The position numbers and the translations under genes were made by a program. A stretch of 64,000 bases of DNA from Tubiluchus corallicola. Its lineage: Eukaryota; Animalia; Priapulida. The notes under the pieces were generated by a model that was not told the origin of the DNA, searched no databases, and saw only the letters and a list, made by a program, of their open reading frames with translations. The stretch covers positions 1 to 64,000 of the forward strand of contig JAQGDQ010000864.1 in the NCBI GenBank assembly GCA_030141605.1. The letters are read 5' to 3'. Shown here piece after piece: positions 20,201 to 31,019 of this stretch (its first letter is position 1; each line of letters begins with the position of its first letter).

Positions 20201-23200
20201 ATCAGATGCGCCTCTACTACATTATAATGGCAAACGGCCTGGCTATACGTTTTAGTAAGGGAGATTATCGTGTTATAATAAGTACATTTGCTCGAAGCTG
20301 TAACATGATACAAGTATATACCTTTACTACGCGACATAACAATAGATCATACCCAATTACATAGGCCTGAGGATATCCTAGACAATGAGACTCCATGAGA
20401 TAGCATAGCACTTGGAGGCTACAATGTTAACTGAACCTAGTACAGTTTGGGGATGAGTTTAAGTAGACTTCCGAGGAAGCCTATTGAAAGAAAAATAATT
20501 GGCTCATTAAGTAAACGATTTGGCAAAATGCCAAGTAATGCTGTCTACAGACTTGTTCAGAAAAGGTTGTATGTTCATTAATAAACCTGTTTGCTGGAGC
20601 AGATCCAAGCAACCAGGGTAAACACGCATCAACACTGTTCCTCGAGATACGCCATACTGGCGCATTTCCTCACATATGCACCAGGTCCATGAGTCGCCTG
20701 TCACTTCGTGCAGCTTTTTATTATCTTCTACTAGTGTGAGAGATCTCTTAAATAGTCAAGCTTGTACTTCTTGATTGTTAGGGTTCTAGCAGGGGGCACC
20801 ACATTCCGCACAAAGATGATGTAAGATCTGATAATGTTACATGAAGTTTCTAGGATCGAAACTCATTACGAAAACCACATTTGTTTATACATTTAGTCAT
20901 TTCCGCCCATTATAATACAGTGCTTCTCTTTATCACTCAAGGTCTAACTTGTATCTGGTAATTTGTTGTTATTAGTATTAAATTATATATTATTATTATT
21001 GTCATCATCATTATCACCATCATCGTCATCATTATTGTTATAGCAATTTGTCCTTCTGAATTTTAAATTAAACCTTTTTCAGAATGTGATGAAACATGGT
21101 ATCAATCACTCAATCAATTTATTTCACTCCAGCAATACATATACAATACATCAACATACAATATTATTGAACAAAAAGAAATAGTATAGGTAAAAAAACG
21201 TTGATGAAGTTAAATTAATCAAATAAAAGAGTCAATAGGTATGTTCTATTTATAAAAATGTTATTCACATAATTATGCTCATGGACGTATAATGATTTTT
21301 AGCACTTTTAAATCTGTCATTTTGAGAATCCATTTATGTAACTGTATATGTTTTTTTTTGGTTCCACAGCTACAAGAAGAAGATTTAAAAAGTGATACGG
21401 ACTGGATATGGGACTGGTCAAGTCGACCTGACAATATGCCACCTAAGTATGTAAACTAATAATGTTTGGGGTGCTTGATTTTTGTGGACGCCAAAACTAG
21501 GGATACCATACGTCCGGGTTTCCCCCGGACACGTCCTCTTTTTGGGCTTCTGTCCGGGCACGTTTTCAAAAAATCAGCACTTTCTCCGGGTTTTGCCTCA
21601 ATCCGTAAGCATGTACGGGCGTTGCCAACTGCAGAGGCGTACGACAGTAAGAGACAAAGAAAAGCTCGTTAATTTTCAATACAAGATGTTGTTAACATCT
21701 CAAAATGCAACACTTGTAAAAGCTTTGTGTACATATTTACTGAACAAAAGTAAGCGATGCGCACATCACTATGGGTCACACGACTCACACCACTGTCGAT
21801 ACTCGGCGTATTCGCTAACGACTTAAAATGACGTCAGCTTCCGGGAGCCATTTTGTTTGTTTTTATGTGAATTTCTTTAAACTTGTATAGTTTCGCTGTT
21901 TTGCAGTTTTGAGGGTAACTGGTAACAGTTACTTAGAAAGTAACAATGCCGACACGACAGTGTGCATTTACAGATGAAATGAGGGCCAAGTACCCGTGTC
22001 CTCTTTTTCAACTCAGACAGTATAGTAACCCTAACCAAAATGGATTTGTGGACATCTTTTTTCAGGGGTCACCTTCTTTGTGGATTTTTGTGTACAAGTA
22101 AAAAAACGTGTCCACAAGTTCACAGGTTTCAGTTTTTGTGACCACAAATACCAAGTTACTGTTAAATTTACTGTTTATGTTGTGAACCTTTTAGCTCACA
22201 CTAGTTTTACATTGAAATTGTCGCTTTGGAGTCTGCACATTCATGTTGTCTGGTGATGGAATTGATAAGGAAAGAGGTGTGATCCCGAACCTCCCTAGCG
22301 ACTTTGATGATCTATTTATGTCCGAATTGGTAGAACTTGACTGAATGCTCAATAAAGCAATGCGTACTCCAGATATTTCATGATGATATCGACTCTTTTA
22401 CATTTGAAACTTACTTCCACAAATTTAAATTTCTGTACAACGTTTGTGAAATTTGTCCACAGAATTTTCTTGATTTTTGTGGACGTGCTCTGATTTCTTG
22501 TGGACACAAATGATCCCTGGTCCACAAGTAATTTCCTTCGGTGTCCACAAAAATCCGAATCCCCTTAACGTATGTAAAAATCACTGCATCACATTTAACA
22601 GAGCTTATTAACGAGCTTAATTAAATACGACCAGGTTAATAGCCCTTGATTTACCAAAGGTTTTTCACAAGCTCTGCCCCATGGGACTACTTAATAAACA
22701 TCATTTGTAATTTCGTATTGTAGTATTATTTCATCTCAACAGTCACAGAAAACTATTTTTTTCCGTAAATGAGGTCATTTCTGGTGTTCCTCAAGGTGAT
22801 GTAATGGCCTCACCTTATTTCTACTGTTCCTCATTATCTTCTAGATTCTACATGCCATAAGCTTGTTCTTTATACTGATGGTGTTGGTCCCCATTATATA
22901 GTAGCAGTGATCCAAATAGAACTAGTCTTGTGCTACTGTGATGCCTTCTATAGTTAAAATGATTACATTTTAGTTCAAAACTGATCTTTAAACTGAATGT
23001 TGGATGCGATTTCTGTTTGCTAATTATAAAGTTTAAATGTTAATTTGTTTTACCGGTTGATCATTTTGCAGACAGTGGATTTTTCGTCGTCCCGTCAAGA
23101 AGCAGTCTCTAAGCATTCGCAACACTAAAGCGATGAAGAGCAAATTGTCTGATATTCTTCCTGTGCTCATCTTCTCCAACTTGATGTCACTTGTGCTCGG

Positions 23201-26200
23201 AGCCGGAATCGGGTATGATGAATTGCTCACTTGTCGGAGGGGCCCGGGAGGGCGAGAAGAGCTTTAACTTCGAGGCTGGTTGGGGCAGCTCCACCAGGGA
23301 CGAGAATTTTCCGCGGAATTCCCAGTTTTTGGAAGACCAGTAGTGCCATTTTTGTAAATCGCGTAAATTTGTTGAGAAAATTTTTACGGACCCAGTACAT
23401 TATTTCACAAGCTGACCTCTGGTTGGCAGGCCGTCACTTTGTTTACATCATGTACATCAGTGTAACCACGTGTATATCTCTATGTATAAAAATATAGAAT
23501 CAATTGTGCGGAGTTATTTGAGTCAATTGCAGACAGTTTTTATATACGTTTGCATAGGAGCAGCCAGTACTTAGGTGTTTTTGAGACAATTAGGTATCAT
23601 GTATCCTTGATAGTTGGGTATTTTAAATTATGCATGAAACAAGGTAACTGATATTTTAAGTCCACTTAGAGGCTCTCTATGGTCACAAAATTGCAATTTG
23701 TTGCTGGCTCCAAGGGGACTTCGCCCCTCGACCCCATTGGGGGCCTTGGTGGCCCCAAACCCCCCGGCCTGTTTCAGAGTTCTTTGCAATTTGTCATTCT
23801 CATCTCTGCATTCACGTTGCTTTTCATGTTTTTTCTTTGTATTTTTATTTTACTGACTTTCCTTTTTAAAATACGAAACATAAACGGTATCATTATTACA
23901 AGCATTCTGAATGCATGTTGTCTGTTGAAACCCGACAACTATCACTGTGTGTCGTCACATTTTTTTCGTGATATCACGGGCAAGTACACAAAATGTCGGT
24001 GTTTGATGAGAAATTTTTTGCTTCGTAATTTATCTTTTCGTTTTATAAAAAAATTATTTCAACGGCAACTATATATTTTCTACCAGTTGATATACGTTTT
24101 ACGATACCACCATGTTTATCTACACTGACAGTTGAGTGTATTTTTGCTTTTTATTTAGCCTGTATTTCCAACAGCCAGTATCTTCTGGTGAAACATGTGC
24201 AGTACCTACAGGCTTTTTATAAAGTGCTGTTTTAGTTGCTTGCCAGTAAACGATTTTATAATCTGTTTATAACGTTTGTTACACAAATGCCTGATGCAAA
24301 TTTTATTTCATGTTTGAAGCTTCCTAGAAACAACTTCCTAGACACAAATAAACTTGGCATAACATTTGAAATACTGTTCTCTGAATTGTGAAGCCTTGAG
24401 GCACATGTCCAGGGATGAGAATTTTCCGCGGATACGCGGAATTCAGAGTTTTTGGAAGACCTGTAATGCCATTTTTGTAAATCGCAATCATAAATTCTAT
24501 GAGAAAATTTTTACGGACCCAATACATTATTTCACAAACTGACCGCTAGTTGGCAGGCCGTCACTTTGTTTACATCACGTACATCAGTGTAACCACGTGT
24601 GTATCTCTATGTATAAAAATATAGAATCAATTGTGCAGAGTTATTTGAGTCAATTGCAGACAGTTTTTATATACTTTTGCATAGGAGCAGCCAGTACTTA
24701 GGCGTTTTTGAAACAATTAGGTATCATGTATCCTTGATAGTTGGGTATTTTAAACTATGCATGAAACAAGGTAATTGATATTTTAAGTCCACTTAGAGGT
24801 TCTCTGTGGTCACAAAATTGCAATTTGTTGCTGGCTCTGCGGCCCCCAAATCCCCGGCCTGTTTCAGAGTTTTTTGCAATTTGTCATTCTCATCCCTGCT
24901 TGAGGCACATGTAACCTTCATTTATCAGGGGAGTGGCTCTCCAAATGTAAATCAGGGCAAGAAAAGGAAATGCTAAACTATGCCCCAAAAAAATTCCGTA
25001 CAAAGTTATATTACTTAGCATTTTGCTTACCTGGTTGAAAGAGGAAAAGAAAACTATAAATACATAATTTAAAATGTACGCACCAGTTAGTGAAATTAGG
25101 GTTACCATATTGTCTGAGTTGAAAAAGAGGACACTTTTTCGCACACTTGTAAGTAGGCAAAAATGACCAGTCTAGGGTCTGTTAAAACAATGCAAAATAA
25201 AATGCAAATTATACAAATAGACCTACATGTATTCTAATAGCAATACCAAATGGCTATACTGCAAAAAACATTAACACACTGCAACTGTCAGTCGCAGAAA
25301 CAGTTACGGTTGAATTTGACTGAGCCCGAGATAATTGAAATTAACGAGCTTTTCTTTGGCCCGTACTAGCGTACACCTCTGCAGTTGGCAATGTCCATGC
25401 ATACTTGCGGATTGTGGCAAAATCCTGACAAACTGCCTATTTTTTAAAACCTGCCCGGACAGAGGCCCAAAAAGAAGGCTGACGTATGGTAACCCTAAGT
25501 AAAATGTCGTTGACTCACCTCCAGAGTGCACCACTTGCTAACCAAAAACTTGTTGAAAAGACGAGGTAATTTAAAAATTTGCCGAGGTAGTGAAGTGAGT
25601 TACGAAAGCTCTGACTGATTATTTTTTCACACTTTACACAATGTTATCTAAACTTGTTTCAAACGACTTAGCGTCAGAATGGCTGTATCTAACGCAGGGC
25701 CTAAGGGAGGCCCCACTCGGGGAGGGGGGGACGGGCGCCACCATAGTTGAACTGCTAGAACGCCGGAGAAGCATTTTCGAAGAGAAAATATGGAGTTATA
25801 CAGTTGTTAAAGGAAAGAACAATTGAAAGAAAAACTGCTTTATTCTCAAGACCAGTCCTTAATACATGTCAAATAGTCAAATCAAAAACAACATCTTTGC
25901 AATATGTAATACCGTACTCTCACTTCCGTACAAGCCGGTGTTAGAAATTCCGAAATTGAAAACAGCTGAACATCGGCACCGAGCCGCACAAGGCAAGAGA
26001 GAGAGAGAGGGAAAGAGGAGGCAGTATGTTCTCATAAAGCAAAAAAATGTTACCTCGGGATGAGGCCCCGGGGAAGTATCCCCACTTCCCCCCCCTGAAA
26101 TAGGGCCTGATCTAACGGTCATTGCGAGAGTTTAAATTTACATGTTTTATACAGAGTGCACTTACGCAATAATGTGCATAACAAGACATCATGTCAGTGG

Positions 26201-26396
26201 CATAAAATTTCAAAACAGATTTTTTAACTTTTATGAAAGTGAACTGGAGGCTTCTTTGTGCTTTATTGTATCTGGTCTGGATAATCTTGAAATAAAAACG
26301 CAATTTAAACGAAGATTTTCTTTTTCTTTCAGATGGTATTTTGCACGAAAGCTTGCAGCGAGGCCACTTTCCATCACGCTACTTCCTGTCGACTGA
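9738..26396 (+). CDS. BNIP3: BNIP3/NIX-like mitophagy receptor, 196 aa, 6 coding exons
   Basis: Exons 9738-9774, 11404-11572, 15596-15698, 21370-21446, 23072-23212 and 26333-26396 are all GT-AG and phase-consistent (591 nt). The protein has the [39 protein letters not shown] and LSIRNT. Its C-terminal TM helix [23 protein letters not shown] has a GxxxG motif and is followed by basic residues. Confidence 0.93.
10534..11141. mobile_element. piggyBac-like non-autonomous element in BNIP3 intron 1
   Basis: TTAA-CCCTTACAGGGTCAC ... GTGACCCTATAAGGG-TTAA, i.e. a TTAA target duplication with CCC termini. Confidence 0.85.
12210..12666 (-). mobile_element. 3' fragment of an RTE-like non-LTR retrotransposon
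   Basis: Translation [14 protein letters not shown]...ISN...[15 protein letters not shown]...W...A.CRESW is typical of a LINE ORF2 C-terminus. A (GAT)n-like tail follows at ~12210-12235. Confidence 0.8.
12711..13079. mobile_element. hAT-like MITE (termini related to family F)
   Basis: CAGAGCAGATTAT ... ATAATCCGGCCCT with an 8-bp TSD TGCAGACC. Confidence 0.65.
13841..14256 (+). mobile_element. hAT-like MITE family E copy 1
   Basis: TIR CAGGGGTGTGCAAA / TTTGCACACCCCTG with a perfect 8-bp TSD AACTAAAC. Confidence 0.92.
14419..14500. promoter_or_regulatory. Candidate intronic enhancer (E-box/HRE/CLEAR, CRE-like and two FOXO sites)
   Basis: GCACGTGAC 14419-14427, TGACGTAA 14431-14438, ACGTG 14438-14442, CACGTG 14468-14473, and GTAAACAA at 14475-14482 and 14493-14500. 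Confidence 0.45.
15728..16253 (+). mobile_element. MITE family B copy 1 (hAT-like termini)
   Basis: TIR CAGGGATGAGAAT / ATTCTCATCCCTG. The 8-bp flanks GCTTATTC / GGTTATTT are a degenerate TSD. Confidence 0.88.
17139..17222. repeat. (TA)n/(GA)n/(GATA)n microsatellite
   Basis: Read directly from the sequence. Confidence 0.9.
17984..18401. mobile_element. hAT-like MITE family G copy 1
   Basis: CAGACCCTATTTCA ... TGAAATAGGCCCTG with TSD TTCGTTAC/CTCGTTAC. It is the reverse-complement homolog of 25695-26109. Confidence 0.85.
18605..18890 (-). mobile_element. Probable LINE 3'-end fragment
   Basis: Minus-strand peptide [20 protein letters not shown]...EDRKQ resembles RTE/L2 C-termini, followed by a short (AAGT) tail. 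Confidence 0.4.
19027..19167. repeat. 28-bp tandem repeat x5
   Basis: Unit TTCAGGTGACAAGGCAAGGGCAACGGGC. Confidence 0.95.
19609..20071 (+). mobile_element. Tc1/mariner/pogo-like MITE, family A copy 2
   Basis: TA-CAGTCAACCTTGGATATAAGG ... CCCGAGGTTGACTG-TA. Confidence 0.9.
21468..22564. mobile_element. TIR element D with subterminal TTGTGGAC/GTCCACAA repeats, interrupted by a family C MITE
   Basis: GGGGTGCTTGATTTTTGTGGAC ... GTCCACAAAAATCCGAATCCCC. Confidence 0.65.
21498..22033 (+). mobile_element. hAT-like MITE family C copy 1
   Basis: TAGGGATACCATA ... TATAGTAACCCTA with 8-bp flanks GCCAAAAC/ACCAAAAT. Confidence 0.82.
22770..22890 (+). mobile_element. Decayed reverse-transcriptase remnant (CR1/L2-like)
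   Basis: [10 protein letters not shown]...LFLLF and LVLYTDG resemble the GVPQGSxLGPxLF and YADD motifs, with frameshifts. Confidence 0.5.
23295..23808 (+). mobile_element. MITE family B copy 2
   Basis: CAGGGACGAGAAT ... ATTCTCATCTCTG, nearly identical internally to copy 1. Confidence 0.88.
24159..24222 (+). CDS. Candidate alternative terminal coding exon of BNIP3 ([21 protein letters not shown])
   Basis: Strong acceptor TATTTTTGCTTTTTATTTAG in the phase required by exon 5. It has the same coding length (64 nt) as the canonical last exon and starts with a similar GxYF motif. Confidence 0.4.
24410..24898 (+). mobile_element. MITE family B copy 3
   Basis: Perfect 13-bp TIRs, flanked by a 14-bp direct repeat CTTGAGGCACATGT. 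Confidence 0.9.
25097..25497 (-). mobile_element. hAT-like MITE family C copy 2 (inverted)
   Basis: TAGGGTTACCATA ... TATGGTAACCCTA with TSD AGTGAAAT/AGTAAAAT. Confidence 0.85.
25695..26109. mobile_element. hAT-like MITE family G copy 2
   Basis: CAGGGCCTA ... TAGGGCCTG with a perfect TSD ATCTAACG. Confidence 0.88.
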
Positions 26397-26934
26397 TGAC
26401 GATCTTCAAGTCGAATGGTCCTTCTTTGCTACGTCGAGGAGCAAAGCGAGAAATACCTGAATATTTTGCTGTTTGCTAAAAATTAATACAGGAATTTTTA
26501 ATACAGGCATCCACCTTGAGCTTGAGCGCTACATAATGTCTTATTTTCCTACTATTTGGTTATCTGGTGCAGCAGGTTATAGTTTCCTAGAGTTTCTTTA
26601 TGTTGCTTGTGTCTGCTTTTATGCTGTTGCTTGCTTGAAAATTACTGCGGATGGTTGTGAGCGCTGAGGCTACTTCCCAGACCCACGGAATAGAGCTTAT
26701 TTACACCAACAAAAACTGTTTTAAATTTCCCTAACATTGTCATGTACATAAAATTCGATGCATTATATTTATTTATGTATAAAATAGTTATACAACGCCG
26801 TATATTGCGTAATGAAGCTAATGGTACACTTGCTTTTGTAGCAGGGAGCATACACAGGTGACAGTGTGGGTACGTTTTAATGGTAATACAGTGTTTAAGC
26901 AACTCTACTTTGCTGTGAACATGCCATTATTCAC

Positions 26935-27765
26935 TATTATAGGTTTTATACATCAAATGTAGACACAGGAAAGTTCAAATGTGACTTAGATAAGTCAAAT
27001 GTAGACATAGATAAGTCAAATGTAGACATCGGAATTTCAAATGTGTTTTGGTAACTCAAATGTGACTTTGGTAAGTCAAATGTAGATGCATTACTTTGAA
27101 TAAATAGGTAATTAGCTCATTTAAGTGCAAATTACGGAACGATAAACCAAAGATAGTCATCACCTCTTTCATAACTTTAAAAAATGCGTTGTTTATCCTC
27201 AAACGAAATTCTTTGATAAACCACAACGTCGGTAGAAAAGAATAAATTAGTTCCCACTTCCCAATGAACAGTGAATCACTAATTAGTTTTTTAAGTAATA
27301 CATTAGCACTGCATTAATGAATTAGTTTCTCTCAAGAAACATTGTTTATTTTAAGAATGTATTGTTTTCTCTAACAGGTCCAATGGTATGTAAAGTTTGC
27401 AGAATATTAGTGAACTATTAGTAGGCCTGTAAAGTTATTATTTTCACAGCAATTATTAAATTAAGATTAAAGGAGATTAAATTTAACATCCTTAAGCTTT
27501 ACACCTATCCACATTTGAGATATCGGATGTTACATTTGACTTGACATCTGTCTACATTTGACTTGCCAAAAGCGCTTAAGATTTCTTGAAAACCATTGTT
27601 AACACATTTGAACTACCTAAGTCTACATTTGAGTTAACATAGGTCTACATTTGACTTACCAAAAGCGCCCAAGATTTCTTGAAAACCATTGTTAACACAT
27701 TCGAATTACCTTAGTCTACATTTGGCTTAACACAGGTCTACATTTGACATGTAAAACCTATAATA
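26935..27765. mobile_element. Foldback-like inverted-repeat element downstream of the BNIP3 stop
   Basis: Termini TATTATAGGTTTTA / TAAAACCTATAATA. The left arm has tandem TCAAATGTAGAC subrepeats and the right arm has GTCTACATTTGA subrepeats. Confidence 0.75.
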
Positions 27766-28423
27766 CAAACAAGGTCAAATGGCTAACCTCGGCAGCAATC
27801 TATTGTCGTTCGTTTGCATGTCTGCAAAAATCACATCGTAGATCAAACAGCGGCGATGCAGTCGGCTTCCAAAAGCATCCATTTTATCCTTTACGTACCG
27901 TTCAGCCTGAACTTTCTAATGTGTAAGTGCAGTTAGTTTAATCAACGTTTTGCCTTCCTTAGATGTCAAGCTCATAACTCTCTGTTTCTGTATAAATTCA
28001 GTAAGATATCTTATATTTCGCCTGAAACTATTTTTATATACACGCGGTATGTGAGTGCAAAGGGTATGTTTACCTATTATTTTACGTGAAAGTACTTTTA
28101 GATTTAGTAAATCATCACTTAATATTCGTAATTAAATTTATCTGTTTTCATTTCTAAACAAATCAAACTTAGATAAGTAAAGATGTGTCCCTTCCCTGTT
28201 GCATGTACCATTATAATTATTAGTGCAGCTATTCTGCATAGATTATACAAATTTATACATAGAAGTATATAAATTTTGAGGTGTTATCTTACTGTGGGCA
28301 AATTTATATTTAATTGTGGTGGTAATTTAAAACAAAGTTTTATTTTGTGCATTTTTAAAGCTCAAATATATTTTCACTTGCTAATACTTCGCAAGTAAAA
28401 AGTTACCAAAACATCATTTAACT

Positions 28424-28681
28424 CAGGGATGTGCAAACTGCGGCCCTCTGAGAGATCTTGTGCGGCCCGCGAAGAGGTTTGTCGAAGTAATGAGTAATAA
28501 CTTATAAAATAGCTTCTTGAGTGCGGTAGTGCAGTAGTGATGATGTGCGCAAATCGGATGCAAAAAAAAATCGTTATTAGGTCCTACTGCACTTGGCTCC
28601 TTGATCAAACTGCATGTGGCTCACAGGAATCGCGGGAATGTTTAATGTGGCCCGGCTAGTCAGATAATTTGCACACCCCTG
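28424..28681 (+). mobile_element. hAT-like MITE family E copy 2 (internally deleted)
   Basis: CAGGGATGTGCAAA ... TTTGCACACCCCTG with TSD ATTTAACT/ATTTAACG. Confidence 0.88.
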
Positions 28682-30191
28682 ATTTAACGGTTTTTGATAT
28701 AGCTTAAAATGTTGGTAATTATATTAAAAATTTTATCCAGAAAATATTGTAGCAAAAATTGTTCATTAAGCTTTAGTTTCTAAAATCTATCGTCTTTTGT
28801 AGCGATTACTGCTAGACGTGTCAAAATGTGGACTGAAGTGGCGTTTACCAGAAATTCGCATGGCGTTATTGCATTGTAGATGAAAATCACTTTAGAACGC
28901 GCAGGCAGCCATCACTAGAATTTTATTCTTGCTTGTGATTTTGAGTTGTTTTTGATGATGATTGTTTTCCCAAAAGTCTAAATTTTGAAGTTGGTACCAT
29001 TTTGTAGTCGTGCTGTCCCCCTAGCGGACATTGACTTAGTTCTACAGTTTGTCAACAATGACACGGGGCAAATTCTTTGTGTTTAGTCATTGTGGGGACA
29101 TTTACACAGAGAAATACATTATTCATACACCCCCTAGTGTCTATTATGAGAACCACTACGACAATGTAAACTTTGCTGATTTAAGTCGACTTCTTTGAGC
29201 ACCCAATTCTTACATAATATGTCATCAAATTTTGCATCCTTTATGCTGACTTATTAACTAGTATGAAGGGAATGAATTCTTGTAAATTGTATATGCGGTA
29301 TAACATCAGCAGTACTGCATATAGGCATTTTGCTTATAGACAGTGGCGACTCAAGCTAAAATTACTGGCGTACTGCTTCAGAAAATTTGTAGCCATTGTT
29401 TTAATACTGTCTAAAACGTAACGAACTTAATTATGTAATTTTATTGTTGTAGTTATATTTGAAGATCAGGTGTTGAACGGCCTCTTTTCTCATGGAGAGA
29501 TAAGTGTGAAAAATTAAGTTGTTGTAGTTCACTTACAGTCACTGAACTTGCATTTCTTGGGGATGCAATGCGTCCATTATTAAATATTTTATGTTTTAAG
29601 CACACACGCTAAGTTTACATTTTATCACATCAAAGAATATGACGCATGACGTGGCTATTCATTGATATTAATTTTTATTCTCCAGTGAACAGATATTTAT
29701 AATTACTGATGTTTACATTAAGGAAGGTGCCCATAATGTGCTTCACAAACTAACGCATTTCAGATGTCTGGTAAACGCCGCTTTGAGTTTGTTATTTCAA
29801 CATGTTTTTGCCAATTTCTCTCACTGTGGATTGAGTTATCAAATCAAGTTTTCTATTAAATGTAATTGTGTGAAATGAACTGGTTCATATTTAACGTTGA
29901 ATAAATTTACCGAAATTAGTAATTATATTGATGTTATTACTATTGTTGACTCATTAGTCGAATTTTGTATTTAATCGCCATAGCTGTGTATAGTAACTGT
30001 CGTTTCGTGTTGTATATGTATGCAAGAGTTGGAAGATGTAGTAAAGCACTCTTAATGTATAAAAATATTATATGTAACAGACATGCATGTTATGGAAGAA
30101 TTCCTGTATAATAAATATCAATTACTCTGCAGTATATTGTTCTAATGCATCGTGAATCAGTGGTTCTAGGTTTGACTGGTGGCAGAGAATA

Positions 30192-30661
30192 CAGTTAAGC
30201 TCGGGTATAAAGTATTCACTTATAAGGGACCGCCAACACCGGTCCCGATTTTTCGTAACGTTTTTCCTATGTAAAAATCTTCGTGCATAAGGTACTCGGG
30301 TATAAGGGACTTTCGGTTATAACGGGACGATAAATTCAAGTCCCGCGTAATAGAAACCCTGGTAAATTACCTTGCGTATAAGGGACATTATGATCAAAGC
30401 GATATTGATCGATTTTTAACCTTAATTTTTCGCAAACTCGACCTTCGAACAGCTCGGTTTCCGCGGTCACATGCATCTCGCATCACTGAAGGAGCTTCCT
30501 ACGTACCGTTTGCACTGAATATGTAGCAATAATCCATAAAAATATGGGTAGAAGTATAGGTCTAGATACACCCTCGGTCTGACTCAACTTCGGCTGTAAA
30601 GGACATTGGATATAAAGGACGTTTTTTTTGTCTGGAGGTGTCCCTTATATCCGAGTTAACT
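30192..30661 (-). mobile_element. Tc1/mariner/pogo-like MITE, family A copy 3 (inverted)
   Basis: Reverse complement of 6731-7229. One end is TA-CAGT and the other is degenerate. Confidence 0.85.
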
Positions 30662-31019
30662 TCTGCCGAGCGATTGCTGAATTTGAACCAATCATTTTCC
30701 AGAATTTGGTACAAATGATGCCTACCCACCGAAATATGATAACATTAATTAACATTAACTTTTCTTTCTGAACAAGGTAATGGAGGTTTCACAAGTGAAA
30801 ATACATTTTTCCTGCTTCTTAAATGCATTCAAACTACGCATTTTGTGATTTCTGACCTAGCCAGGAGCATATCAAGACTTCACGATGCCCTGGGCTAATA
30901 GATCTGTCCCGCCCATCTGTATTGTGAATTTAGTGATTATGTACTGAATATAGTTTAAATAATTACTTGTGGTGTATTAGTAATACTATTAACCTAGTTT
31001 TTACATGGTCATTGTTACT

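Larger units (their letters stand above)
24941..26265 (+). mobile_element. Family H copy carrying nested family C and G MITEs
   Basis: After removing 25097-25497 and 25695-26109, the remaining sequence is collinear with 5641-6140. Confidence 0.65.
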
